DNA of 63,854 nt, filler included, from an uncultured Methanosarcinales archaeon (GTDB lineage: Archaea; Nanobdellota; Nanobdellia; Woesearchaeales; CAZKBD01), in NCBI GenBank assembly GCA_964550945.1. It is 9 parts of 9 records of this genome, joined end to end, with 100 filler letters (N's around TTAATTAATTAA, not from the genome) between each part and the next. Parts side by side here need not be neighbours in the genome. Positions count along the whole stretch, not along the records: positions 7,399 to 14,645 come from CAZKBD010000085.1; positions 14,746 to 21,890 come from CAZKBD010000086.1; 7 more parts are not named here. One strand, written 5' to 3'. The notes under the pieces were generated by a model. It was not told the DNA's origin, ran no database searches, and saw only the letters and a program-made list of their open reading frames with translations. Below are positions 8,566 through 18,364 of the stretch, in pieces. Position numbers and translations under genes: made by a program. Each line of letters starts with the position of its first letter. The first letter of the stretch is position 1.

Positions 8566-10038
8566 TTATTGTCTACCTGCTCTTACCCTTGCAGCCAGTA
8601 CTGCTGCAGCATAAGCTTGACCATAATCGCTTATAGATTTACCATTTCGCTCAAATGCATCTCTTAATTCAGGCCTTACTAATGAAAGAAAATCTGGGCT
8701 TTCTACAACGCAAATCTCTGATGGAAATTTATCTTCATACATTCTAAAAACCTGTTTGGCAGCATCAAATACACACTCCCCAAACTTGCCTTCCATGACT
8801 TTACCTCCAAGTAATATAGTAGTTCCTGGAGCACACATCTCAAGGCGAGAAGGTGTAGCATATGCAAACTCAGCTCCTATTGTATATGCTATTTTTCTCA
8901 CAAATTCATCTTGTGGCCCGCCCAATAATCCCCTTAGTTTTAAAAAAATATCTCTTGGATGTGCATCTTCAGCAACCCCTAATCCAGCCAATGTGCCGCC
9001 GTTCGCAATGTAGAGGTTATTTGGCCCTTTTTGTGAAAAAATAGAGCCTGCTGATCCCGGCGGTTGGCTTTCTCCTTTAGAAAATCCTTCAGCATACCTA
9101 TTCATACGATGAAATGCGTTTTCATGCAGTGCTGTAGATGGTACGCCCTCAGGACTGATGTAACCAGAACCCTCATCATTTCCCATGGCGATTCCTAAAA
9201 TACCTCCTAATTGTGGCGCAAGCACGTTTCCTTCCACAGCCATCATTGTACCATCGTGAAGCCACACAAATCTTCCATATGTTTCATCAAGGCGATCTAA
9301 AACTCCATTAAACATGCCCTCACCTAACTTTTCAACAAGTAGTCCTATCTTCATTCTATCACCCACAAAGACACCGGCTGAACCTCCTGCATACCCATCC
9401 ACATGTCCAATTACTTGAGATGCAGCAGCGACTGCTTGTTCAAGCTTAAGCAACTCTTGTGCTCCCTGATCAGGCGAATCTGGTTGCCATCTTGTATCTG
9501 AAAAATATACAGGCAGTTCTGCGTTCATACCAACAATTCTAACGTTGCTCCTGCCAATATCAACTCCGATATATATTCCAGGTGCCATCTCAAGACCACA
9601 TATGTGCTCTGCTGTATTCTGCGGAGCAGGGATTACATCAGATGTAACTTCTTTAATTTCAAAACTGCCATAAGTTTTAGGCAGCAATGTTCTTGCAATC
9701 CAAGTGTAGAACGCATTATCAGAAGTAAGTGCATTATGGAGAATAGCACCGACTTCTTGAGGGCCTGCCCATTTCAATTCATGCGCACCAAAATTAGTCA
9801 GATGACGAGCAACATGATCCTGTAAATATTCTGCAGTCTCCTCATGTCCCAATAATATTCTTGTATCAGCCCTAGCCACATTCCCATTGTCCCTGCATAA
9901 AGCAAGTAGGACTTCAATCCCGTCAGTTTGTGCAGCTGCCCTATACCTTTGATCTCCTTCAAATATGGGCATAAAGTTAGGATCAAGTTCAAGTAATTCT
10001 TTTGAGTCTAATGTTTGATGAAGTAGATTGCTGCTCAT
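8566..10038 (-). CDS. Divergent ROK-family / actin-fold sugar kinase-like protein
   Basis: 490 aa. GVDIGRS phosphate-1 motif, LHDG, GIAMGxxEGSGY, ILLGG. Co-oriented with a PIG-L deacetylase. Confidence 0.6.
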   Translation of the reverse strand: MSSNLLHQTLDSKELLELDPNFMPIFEGDQRYRAAAQTDGIEVLLALCRDNGNVARADTRILLGHEETAEYLQDHVARHLTNFGAHELKWAGPQEVGAILHNALTSDNAFYTWIARTLLPKTYGSFEIKEVTSDVIPAPQNTAEHICGLEMAPGIYIGVDIGRSNVRIVGMNAELPVYFSDTRWQPDSPDQGAQELLKLEQAVAAASQVIGHVDGYAGGSAGVFVGDRMKIGLLVEKLGEGMFNGVLDRLDETYGRFVWLHDGTMMAVEGNVLAPQLGGILGIAMGNDEGSGYISPEGVPSTALHENAFHRMNRYAEGFSKGESQPPGSAGSIFSQKGPNNLYIANGGTLAGLGVAEDAHPRDIFLKLRGLLGGPQDEFVRKIAYTIGAEFAYATPSRLEMCAPGTTILLGGKVMEGKFGECVFDAAKQVFRMYEDKFPSEICVVESPDFLSLVRPELRDAFERNGKSISDYGQAYAAAVLAARVRAGRQ

Positions 10039-10086
10039 TTTATACCCCCAGATGAAATCAGATTATATGCCATTTTTTAATCCCCA

Positions 10087-10944
10087 TTATACTTGTATTT
10101 GGACTTTAGCAAGTCTTTCAACTACTTCTTGCTGGAAGCGAGCTATGTACTCACTTACATATGCACCAATATTTTTGGTAGGATCTCTAATCAAAGGTGT
10201 TAAATCCATTGTAAATATCAATCCAGTTGATGTGTCTACGCCATGAGTTGCAAAATATGTTGCATGTGCTGTTCTTCTACCAATTGTAGCAAGATCATAC
10301 CTTTTGCCGCCACATACTTGGGAATCAAAAATGCCCATAAGAGCTGCTTGCAAGTTTGGATGTCCACTAACATCCATAGTAACTTTATCATGATCTACAG
10401 TCCAATCAAGATCTCGCCATACTTCACAACCATAAATGGCTGTTGGGTGATTGGTTGGATCTAATTCCCTTAAAGCTTCGATTGTCCTTACAGTAACAGC
10501 CACATGCGTATCATGCTTGTCAGCTAGATTGTGAGTATAAATAACTCTAGGATGAGTGAGAGCAATTATTTCTTTTAAATCTTCTCTAAGATCTGGATTT
10601 GCTGGATCCTTAACAGCTTTACTTGCATAATCTAGAAGAACTTGAGCAGCATACTCTCCTACAACAGCAGCTTTTTTCTGTTCTTTCCTTCTTACTGCTC
10701 TCATTTCATCGTCTGTATATTCCTTATAAACATCGTCTCTAGGGCTTCCACTGCCATCAGTAACAGTAACTCCAGTAAACCATTTATCTGGTTGCTGAAA
10801 ACATTCTAGAATTCCATGAAAAGCCATTATTTCCAAATCATCCTGATGTGCTCCTATACCCATATGAGTAGTTCTGGCAAGTGCTTGGTTGATTTCTGCA
10901 CCAGGTGGTATAAATATTTCTGCTGTAGCGTTTTTTAATTGCAT
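10087..10944 (-). CDS. PIG-L/LmbE-family deacetylase
   Basis: GAHQDDLE, TDGS, RRKEQ and HDTH motifs. Confidence 0.88.
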   Translation of the reverse strand: MQLKNATAEIFIPPGAEINQALARTTHMGIGAHQDDLEIMAFHGILECFQQPDKWFTGVTVTDGSGSPRDDVYKEYTDDEMRAVRRKEQKKAAVVGEYAAQVLLDYASKAVKDPANPDLREDLKEIIALTHPRVIYTHNLADKHDTHVAVTVRTIEALRELDPTNHPTAIYGCEVWRDLDWTVDHDKVTMDVSGHPNLQAALMGIFDSQVCGGKRYDLATIGRRTAHATYFATHGVDTSTGLIFTMDLTPLIRDPTKNIGAYVSEYIARFQQEVVERLAKVQIQV

Positions 10945-11056
10945 TTTCCATCCCCTTCAAGTTAATTAAAAATTATAACTATTTTTTCTTCTGATATATA
11001 AAAGTTTCTATTGTGGAGTGGTCATTAGTTAGGCGTGGTAGTTGATCAGAATCAGT

Positions 11057-11683
11057 TTATATCTCAATTATCTTTCCTTTTTTACCGACATTAATGACTT
11101 TAGTCTTGCCTATCTTCTCTTCAATGCCCTCTGCTTCATGAACATGGCTGCATAACAGGATATCTGGCTGGAATCTATTTATGGCTTTTCTTACGCCATC
11201 TGACCCAGGAAATATGTCTGAGAATTTTTCCATCATTGTTCCTGAAGGATGGACATGGGTAACCATTATTCTTTTCTTCAGATATTTAATTTTGTCAAAA
11301 CCTTTCTTGAGCAGGTCATAGATTTCTTTTTCTTCCAATTGGAATAACCCTATATTCGCGCCGCCTGCGCCAAAAATTCCAACATCGCCATATTTGACTG
11401 AATAACCATGGATGTTTTTGACACCATAAAGCTCAGCTAAGAAGTCTGCGGTCGCAATTGTTTCGTGATTGCCTGGTATGAGAAGCACTTTTTCATTTAA
11501 TTTTTTAAATGGGCCGATTATATTAGCGGTTGATGTTTCACCATAAGTTAGATCGCCGCATAGAACAACTAAATCGACTTTTTCCTGCTTTGCCCTCTCT
11601 GCAAGCTTTTTAGCCAGCCCTGTATCCCCATGGATATCTCCTGCTGCAAGTATCTTTAGTTTTTTTTCTGACATAGAACACAA
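11057..11683 (-). CDS. Calcineurin-like metallophosphoesterase
   Basis: DIH, GDL, GNHE, HVHP and SHVHE motifs. Confidence 0.92.
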   Translation of the reverse strand: MCSMSEKKLKILAAGDIHGDTGLAKKLAERAKQEKVDLVVLCGDLTYGETSTANIIGPFKKLNEKVLLIPGNHETIATADFLAELYGVKNIHGYSVKYGDVGIFGAGGANIGLFQLEEKEIYDLLKKGFDKIKYLKKRIMVTHVHPSGTMMEKFSDIFPGSDGVRKAINRFQPDILLCSHVHEAEGIEEKIGKTKVINVGKKGKIIEI

Positions 11684-11718
11684 GAAGGCATTATCATATT
11701 TAAATTTATTGAAAATAT

Positions 11719-12279
11719 TTATCTTTCAATTATCTGCAGTTCTCTTGACAAGTCTATAAGCCTAGAAGGCTTGCCTTTTTTCTCGCCTTCATAGATGATA
11801 AAATCAACTCTGCTTTGTATCTTGGAATCTAAATCGTCAAGAGAGGTCATAAAGTTCTGATTGACTAAGTTTGCGGATGTTGTGACTACTGGATAGCCTA
11901 CTTCTTCAACAATCTTGCTAAACCAATGGTCCGGTATTCTTACACCCAAAGTATCCATACTGGTGTTCACAAATGAGGATATGCACTGCTTATTTTTCAA
12001 TTTCAAGATCAATGTGTATGGGCCTGGCAATTTGTCAATCCACTCTTCAACTTCCTCATTGATTTCGCAATTATCGTAAATCCATTTTTTTGATGGAGCA
12101 ATTACTGAGAAAGGCCTTGTATACCGTTCTTTTATTTGCCGAATCTTTTTTACAGAATTATTAAGCAAAGCATTGCAGCCTAGGCCATAAATTGTGTCAG
12201 TAGGATGAATAAAAACAGCGCCTCTCTTTATCGCTTCTTTGACTTGGCCATTGACTTCTTCTTTTGATAATGTTTCCAT
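11719..12279 (-). CDS. tsaC: L-threonylcarbamoyladenylate synthase (Sua5/YrdC/TsaC)
   Basis: PTDTIYGL, KxR, PGPYT, GVRIP and TTSAN motifs. Confidence 0.93.
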   Translation of the reverse strand: METLSKEEVNGQVKEAIKRGAVFIHPTDTIYGLGCNALLNNSVKKIRQIKERYTRPFSVIAPSKKWIYDNCEINEEVEEWIDKLPGPYTLILKLKNKQCISSFVNTSMDTLGVRIPDHWFSKIVEEVGYPVVTTSANLVNQNFMTSLDDLDSKIQSRVDFIIYEGEKKGKPSRLIDLSRELQIIER

Positions 12280-12425
12280 AATTTTTGCAAATACCTCTCC
12301 ATTTAAATAGATTTTGTTTAAATAATCACAAAAATAGGTTTAGTGTTTTTGGGTTTTATATAAAATATAAAGATTTAGTTATAGGGCAGTTTACAATTCA
12401 GTTAGGATTACTTAGATTAAATGAC

Positions 12426-12656
12426 TTAGTATTCTATGATCTTCGGAATGTCTTCTTTTTCTTCATTATCTTTTGTTTCCTGGCTGCCAAAGAAATTGCT
12501 GAACACATCACCATCAGAGCCTACTGTAGGTTTAGAGCCATCGAATATATTTGGCTGAGTGGTTACTGAGTGATCTCCAACTAAATGCTGCAGCATCCTT
12601 ATAACATTCCTTATGTCCTCATGAGAATCGTCTTTTGTGTTTATTGTGATTTGCAT
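12426..12656 (-). CDS. Small acidic hypothetical protein
   Basis: 76 aa ORF co-oriented with neighbours in otherwise non-coding space. Confidence 0.6.
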   Translation of the reverse strand: MQITINTKDDSHEDIRNVIRMLQHLVGDHSVTTQPNIFDGSKPTVGSDGDVFSNFFGSQETKDNEEKEDIPKIIEY

Positions 12657-12695
12657 ATTAAGCTTAATGGGTATTGTTATTTAAATACTTTATTA

Positions 12696-13901
12696 TTATA
12701 GAAACTCTACTGAAAGCTCTAACTGGTCATAAGTGGGGTATTCTTCAACAATTGCCAAGAATAACTCCTTATTTTTTAGCAGGCGTTTATCTTTAAAGAT
12801 ATTTTTTAATAAACAGCTGTTTATCTGGTCTTTTATTTTGTTTATTTCTTTAACAGAGGTTAGGATCCTTAGCTTATTTTCATCAATATCCATATTTTTT
12901 ATTTTAAAGTCTTTTTTGAGGTTATTTTTAATTAATGATAATTTTTTTATTAGTGCAGGTTTATGGGTTATTTTTAATAGTTTTTTCCTGTAGCCCATTC
13001 CTGGCTTTAAGCCTGCGAGGTAGATTGCGCCCCTGATTAAGGTTCCTTCTTTGGTCATTATATCATAAGGCTTTTTGATGTTCTTTGCCCTTCTTTTGAT
13101 TCTGTTAGCCAGCTGAACTTTGTCTTTTAATGTTGCGGTGCAGTAATGGACGTTTAATTTTATTTTATTTTTTTTGATATACCCCAATAGTTTTAATGCT
13201 AATCCTTCTGAGCCTTTGACTGCGTAAGAAAGCTGGTTTTTTGTGTTATACCCTAGTTTTGATAATTCATTAACTTTGTTATCAGATATCTCTAATTCGT
13301 TTAGATTAAGAAATTTGATTTTATTTTTATTTGTTTTGTTTGTTTTGTCGATAAAATTGATTAATTTTTTAATATTTTTTTCTTTTTTTGGAACAGCTGG
13401 AATTTCTATTCCGACATCCCAATCATAGTTTAAGGCTAAGTTTATTTTTTTCCACAACCTATCACTATCTAAGTCAAGATGGAACCTGATTTCATCTAAT
13501 CCAGCATTAGATAGTATCTTCAGATTATATTTGTTTACTAAATCCAAAGAAGTGTATAAATGAATGTGAAATTTTTTGCCAAATGTTTTTTTTAGAATCC
13601 TTATATAATCTAATGTTCTTGACAGTTTGCACAATGGGTCTCCACCTGTAAAACCTGCGCCTTGTGCATTAATCAGCTTGGCTTCTTTTATTATTTCGTT
13701 GATATTTTTTGTGGGCCATTCATCTGCATAGGTCACATCTTTTTTGTATTTTTTATCGCTTAGAGGACAAAAGTAGCATGTTCTAATACAAAGGCCGGTT
13801 ACAAACAAAACCAGCTTTGAACCAGAAACGCATAATCTACAACCTCTAGCTAATTTTCCAATTTTATAGGAATGCCACTTTGTTTTTGTAATTGTCCTCA
13901 T
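12696..13901 (-). CDS. Archaeal radical SAM protein
   Basis: GCRLC, FVTGLCIRTCYFCP (CxxxCxxC), TGGDP, HLYT and DEIRFH motifs. Confidence 0.9.
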   Translation of the reverse strand: MRTITKTKWHSYKIGKLARGCRLCVSGSKLVLFVTGLCIRTCYFCPLSDKKYKKDVTYADEWPTKNINEIIKEAKLINAQGAGFTGGDPLCKLSRTLDYIRILKKTFGKKFHIHLYTSLDLVNKYNLKILSNAGLDEIRFHLDLDSDRLWKKINLALNYDWDVGIEIPAVPKKEKNIKKLINFIDKTNKTNKNKIKFLNLNELEISDNKVNELSKLGYNTKNQLSYAVKGSEGLALKLLGYIKKNKIKLNVHYCTATLKDKVQLANRIKRRAKNIKKPYDIMTKEGTLIRGAIYLAGLKPGMGYRKKLLKITHKPALIKKLSLIKNNLKKDFKIKNMDIDENKLRILTSVKEINKIKDQINSCLLKNIFKDKRLLKNKELFLAIVEEYPTYDQLELSVEFL

Positions 13902-14499
13902 TGGATATGCCCCATAGGTTCGAGAGATTTTTTTTACCTATGATTTTTACAATCCTTTTCTTGTATAACCTTTTTAAATGTCTTCTAGGGTTATTGTGAG
14001 ACAAAAGTAGGATTCTACTTAAATCCTTAACTGTTTTGGGATTGTTTATCAATGAGTTTAGGATAATCTTATCAACTTGCGGACTGAATCGATGAGTCCA
14101 GTTAAATTGATTTCTTTTAACAATGAATTTTAAGCTTTCCTCTTGATCTCCTAGCCTACAGGAAGGATATCGCTTAATTAGTTTAGTATAGTCTTTTAGT
14201 AATTTTTTAACCTCTTTATTAGCAACTGCAAGTATATATATTGGAACACCATTATATGATGATTTCCTTATAGGGTATATTTTATAACCTAATGAGATCA
14301 TAATACCCCTTAGGGATTCCAATGCTTTTTTATTAGCAATTCTTATTTCTATTTTATCTTCTATATTGCCTTCATCAATCAAAAAGGCAAAGAATATAGC
14401 CATTTTAGTAAGTCTGTCTTTTTTTATGAAATCTAAGGGGATACTAAATTTGAATGTACTAAACTCTCTTATACTAGTATTATCCTTCAGTATATCCAT
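13864..14499 (-). CDS. Degenerate LAGLIDADG-like domain fused to a C-terminal winged helix; probably 5'-disrupted
   Basis: FFAFLIDEG helix followed by IEIRIANKKAL...LGY. wHTH-like KTVKDLSRILLLS...RRHLKRL. The frame continues about 37 codons upstream and then hits stops near 14610. Confidence 0.5.
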   Translation of the reverse strand: MDILKDNTSIREFSTFKFSIPLDFIKKDRLTKMAIFFAFLIDEGNIEDKIEIRIANKKALESLRGIMISLGYKIYPIRKSSYNGVPIYILAVANKEVKKLLKDYTKLIKRYPSCRLGDQEESLKFIVKRNQFNWTHRFSPQVDKIILNSLINNPKTVKDLSRILLLSHNNPRRHLKRLYKKRIVKIIGKKNLSNLWGISNEDNYKNKVAFL

Positions 14500-14840
14500 T
14501 ATTAAAGAAGGTACTAGCGTTGTTTTGTTTTTATGGTTTGGTTTGATTATATTGCTAATTTCACCGAAAACATTATTAATTTTCTTATGAAACTGAAGTT
14601 TAACAGTTTCCTTTTAAACCTAAATAGGGTTTGCACTAGGTCTAANNNNNNNNNNNNNNNNNNNNNNNNNNNNNNNNNNNNNNNNNNNNTTAATTAATTA
14701 ANNNNNNNNNNNNNNNNNNNNNNNNNNNNNNNNNNNNNNNNNNNNACAATAAAACATAACTTATATATAAATTATGCGTTACTTTTGTCTTATACTAAAA
14801 TCATAAAATTTTTGAGTAGAATTTGTCTTCAGGGGTCTTT

Positions 14841-15533
14841 TTAACCGACAGTCACAGAATAGCTTATCATTGGCTCTTTTATGATTCGCAGGATTTCTTC
14901 TTCATGCCCAGCTCCAACAATAGCTAAAATTTTCTTATCATTGTTTTTTTCCATTAGGTCAGCAAGATTATTAGCCATAACTTCATTCCTTTCTGTGACT
15001 AGCACCTTATAAATGTTAGGATACCTTTTTCTTGTTTGATTCATCAATTTTTCAATTATTTTTTTATCAGGCACTTTCCTCAAGTCAAAATCAATCTCTT
15101 TTTTTCTTAAAACAACAGCTTTAAATATATCCGCCAAGAAATTCCACTTCTCTTTCCATGTTAGCGTCTTGGAAAACCTCCTTAAAGTAATCTCAATATC
15201 CTGGTCAATCAAAGCTAGCCTTATTTTGTTTTTTTTTGCTAATTTTACTGCTTGCTTCATCTCAGAACCTGGCTTTATTCCAACTAATTGCCCCAGTTTT
15301 TTTTCAACCCAGGCGCCAATAATAGAAAAGATAAACCCTTTAAGCCCTATATGCCTTATATCGCTAAGCCTCGGCCTTCTTTTTTCATCATGCATTAAAG
15401 CATAAATCCTTCTTTTATCAAGCTCGATAGCGATTATATCTGGATTTATTTTAGCTACAGCGTCATTTACTTCATCCAGGCTTTGTTTTGCTATGTGAGA
15501 GGTGCCTATTATGGTAAGGTTGTTATATTGCAT
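14841..15533 (-). CDS. TraB/PrgY (TIKI) family protein
   Basis: IGTSHI, IELDxxR, PGSEM, IDQDIEITL, ERNEVM and VGAGH motifs. Confidence 0.92.
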   Translation of the reverse strand: MQYNNLTIIGTSHIAKQSLDEVNDAVAKINPDIIAIELDKRRIYALMHDEKRRPRLSDIRHIGLKGFIFSIIGAWVEKKLGQLVGIKPGSEMKQAVKLAKKNKIRLALIDQDIEITLRRFSKTLTWKEKWNFLADIFKAVVLRKKEIDFDLRKVPDKKIIEKLMNQTRKRYPNIYKVLVTERNEVMANNLADLMEKNNDKKILAIVGAGHEEEILRIIKEPMISYSVTVG

Positions 15534-15641
15534 TTAATGCTCTAAAAAGGCATTATTTTTAAATAACTTTCTAAAAACAGAAAAATATATATAGTCATAG
15601 GGTTTAGTTAGACCGTAGCTCGCTTAAAGGAGGGGTCAAGT

Positions 15642-15917
15642 ATGCTAAAGATGAAAAGAGTCTCTGAAGTTTACGAGATGAGGGTATTTACTGATACCGG
15701 TGATTATTTTGGCGATGTTGAAGAGGCCATTCTCACCACAACAAAAATATTTGGGTGGCGTGTGAAAGCTACAAAAAATTCGTTCTTAAATAAGGTTTTA
15801 GGCTCTGCAAAAGGAGTTATTGTGCCTCACCAGCTTGTCAAAAGTGTAGGAGACATAATGATTATCAGCAAAGCTGCTGTCCCAAGCTACGGCCCTGAGG
15901 AAGAGAAAGAGGAATAG
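15642..15917 (+). CDS. PRC-barrel domain protein (CdpB-like)
   Basis: VFTDTGDYFGDVEE and IVPHQLVKSVGDIMII pattern; GGAGG SD. Confidence 0.85.
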   Translation: MLKMKRVSEVYEMRVFTDTGDYFGDVEEAILTTTKIFGWRVKATKNSFLNKVLGSAKGVIVPHQLVKSVGDIMIISKAAVPSYGPEEEKEE

Positions 15918-15920
15918 CTA

Positions 15921-17015
15921 TTATTTATGGCTCTCACTCCAGTGAAAGAAGTTGGCGTCATATTTCTGCAACATTAACCTTGCTCCAATCAACCTTTCCA
16001 TTTCTGTCATATTCAACCCGTTTCGGCCTATGAATGCTTGTTCCCGTAATTTCCTTACATATTCTGCCATAGCCGGCTTTTCTATTGGAAATGGATTCAC
16101 CCAAATTTCGATTCCTTCTCCTAATTCATGATCTCTTTGCAACCTTATGCCGCATTTAAAGAAAGCGCCAATTTCATGGTATGTTGTGAAGACTGGGGTG
16201 GATCCGGTCTTGTCATGGGCTACCCCCCTATAACCTTTATCTGGGCTTTCATAGTCAGTGCCTTCCAATTTTCTCCAATAAGAATAAAGAGTTCTTTCTC
16301 CTCTCCTGAATATTGGTAGGTAGCTTAGCTGGAATCTATAGGTTCCTTTGTCTTTTGCTGCCTTAGCTTGTTTTATGGCCATATTCTTACCATAAAATTC
16401 TCCATCTAATTCTATGGTAGCTGATCCTTCTTTCTCGTCTAAAAAGAACTCATAGCCTCTTATAGCCCTCATCCACGTTACAACCCTGGGTCTGCCATCA
16501 TTGGGAATCCAATAGAATCCTATAGGCGGTTCTCCAGTTCTTTGGTCAACAGCATGTTTAATCAAAAAATATGGGAGCAAGCCAGCTGCCTCGCACAACC
16601 GGTCTGTCATTCTTACATAACGGATTGGATTATAATCACTAGGCAAACTAAATGGTAATCCCGCCATGGCTGCAAATGAACGAGATTCTTCAATTGCCTC
16701 TTTAATAACAGGTGAAGAATCAATATTAAGATAACCGCCGCCATAAACATCTTTTACTCTTTCATCAGATTCTTCTCTGGTAACTCTGTGTTCTAATGGG
16801 ACATTAATCGCTTGGTCAGGTTGTAAGCCGTTTATTTGCTTAACTAGCTCAAAAACATCTCTTGAACCTGTAAAAACTAATCCCTCTTTGGTTAGTGTTG
16901 TTAGAACATCTTCATCAACATGGGCTGGTGGTTGCTTAAAGTTTCTAGAATGCTCGCTAATTCTTTGTACTATTTCTCTCCTTGTTAAACAATCTGTTAG
17001 GTGAGGCATAGTCAA
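15921..17015 (-). CDS. Hypothetical protein
   Basis: 364 aa ORF; no motif recognised. Confidence 0.65.
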   Translation of the reverse strand: MTMPHLTDCLTRREIVQRISEHSRNFKQPPAHVDEDVLTTLTKEGLVFTGSRDVFELVKQINGLQPDQAINVPLEHRVTREESDERVKDVYGGGYLNIDSSPVIKEAIEESRSFAAMAGLPFSLPSDYNPIRYVRMTDRLCEAAGLLPYFLIKHAVDQRTGEPPIGFYWIPNDGRPRVVTWMRAIRGYEFFLDEKEGSATIELDGEFYGKNMAIKQAKAAKDKGTYRFQLSYLPIFRRGERTLYSYWRKLEGTDYESPDKGYRGVAHDKTGSTPVFTTYHEIGAFFKCGIRLQRDHELGEGIEIWVNPFPIEKPAMAEYVRKLREQAFIGRNGLNMTEMERLIGARLMLQKYDANFFHWSESHK

Positions 17016-17095
17016 GGAGAATGCTTATAGGTTTAAAAAGTTATACTGTTTTTTGATAATGTTTAAATAAATAAGCAACACACTATCAAAATTAC

Positions 17096-17249
17096 ACGGC
17101 TGTGGTCCAGTGGTAAGACACGACCCTCCCATAATTTAGCTGGAGTGAGGTCGTTACCCGGGTTCGAAATGGAAACGCCCACAGTTCTCGCAAGAGAACC
17201 CAAGCTAGGCAGGCGTTGTCTGCCACCATCGAAAGTCCCGGCAGCCGTA
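17096..17249 (+). tRNA. tRNA-Gly(CCC) with two introns (37/38 at 17132-17147; T-loop at about 17169-17235)
   Basis: Acceptor ACGGCTG/CAGCCGT, anticodon stem CGACC/GGTCG, T stem CCGGG/CCCGG. BHB central helices CTCC/GGAG and TTCG/CGAA. Confidence 0.88.
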
Positions 17250-17301
17250 TCTTCCATTTCTATAGAAATGCTTTTATACAAGAATAACAATATACTATTG
17301 A

Positions 17302-17889
17302 ATGGCCAAAGGAATATTAAGCGAGATTGGAAGAAAAATAACTCATATCACAATACTCTTGGCTCTATTTGGCTATTACTTCATAGAAAGAATCTATGGA
17401 AATCCAACAGCATTATTATGCTTAGTGGGATTATTGATCTTATTTTTCGTTTTGGAATATTTCAGAATTGAGCTTGGTTTGAGGCTGCCGTTCATAGAAA
17501 GGTTCATTAGGCCAAAAGGGCAGTTCAGGGTTCACGGTGTTGTTTATTTCCTTTGTGGAGTCATTATATCATTAGCTGTCTTTGATTTCAAGATTGCTTT
17601 GGCAGCTATTCTGATGGCTGTTTTTGGCGATCTTGCTGCTGCGCTTATAGGAAAAAGGTTTGGAAAAACATTATTACACAGAAATAAAACCTGCCAAGGA
17701 TGCGCCGCTGAATTAATTGTGAACCTAGTTGTTGGCTTGGTTGTTTTATTTAACTTTAATATCTATATACCTATCGCAATGGCTTTTACAGCAACAATTG
17801 TTGAGGCTTTAGCTGATGAGCTTGATGACAACATACTAGTAACCTTATTCTCTGGATTTATAGGCCAGATACTGGTCTTTTTTATTTAG
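17302..17889 (+). CDS. Polyprenol/dolichol kinase-like membrane protein (SEC59/VTE5 family)
   Basis: RKITH, FGDLAAALIGKRFG, KTCQG and DDN motifs; multiple TM helices. Confidence 0.87.
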   Translation: MAKGILSEIGRKITHITILLALFGYYFIERIYGNPTALLCLVGLLILFFVLEYFRIELGLRLPFIERFIRPKGQFRVHGVVYFLCGVIISLAVFDFKIALAAILMAVFGDLAAALIGKRFGKTLLHRNKTCQGCAAELIVNLVVGLVVLFNFNIYIPIAMAFTATIVEALADELDDNILVTLFSGFIGQILVFFI

Positions 17890-18341
17890 ATGGTGTTTAG
17901 CTGGGATTCTGTTACAGGCTCAACCATTTCAAACATGCTTTTTAGGCCTGTTGATAAAGAAGATGTATCTGCAATGTTATTATGGGTATAAGGGTATATT
18001 ATCCATTTCTTGTCTAAAGACGACCACGGGTTTACAAAGAATACTGATAAAAATTTAAATCCTATCAATCTCGCCCAGTTTTTGATTAATTGGTCAAGGT
18101 TCTCTTTCGTGTTCAAAACAACTACCATATAATAATTTTGCTTTTCAAATTTTTCTAAGAAATCAAAATTTTCTAGGTAAGGAATAACCAAAATAAACTG
18201 CTCCCGGTCTTTGTATTTCACATGAACTATGTTTTCTTTGTCTTCTATGCTTTCAATCTTTTTTTCGATTATATCCCGGTTTTTAACATAATCCACAATC
18301 CATTTTGTAAGAAATGAACGGATCTTATTTGTATCAGGCAT
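17886..18341 (-). CDS. Hypothetical protein
   Basis: 151 aa ORF directly downstream of the por operon. Confidence 0.7.
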   Translation of the reverse strand: MPDTNKIRSFLTKWIVDYVKNRDIIEKKIESIEDKENIVHVKYKDREQFILVIPYLENFDFLEKFEKQNYYMVVVLNTKENLDQLIKNWARLIGFKFLSVFFVNPWSSLDKKWIIYPYTHNNIADTSSLSTGLKSMFEMVEPVTESQLNTI

Positions 18342-18364
18342 ATAAGGGTCATTAAATAGTTGAT

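Noticed and set aside
17126..17134. Reading the 17096 tRNA as Met/Ile (CAT)
   Set aside because: Stem geometry and the CTCC/GGAG BHB place the anticodon at CCC. The CAT triplet straddles the exon-intron boundary.
17063..17471. ORFs 17063-17290 and 17145-17471
   Set aside because: They overlap the intron-containing tRNA-Gly, and the second also overlaps the kinase gene.
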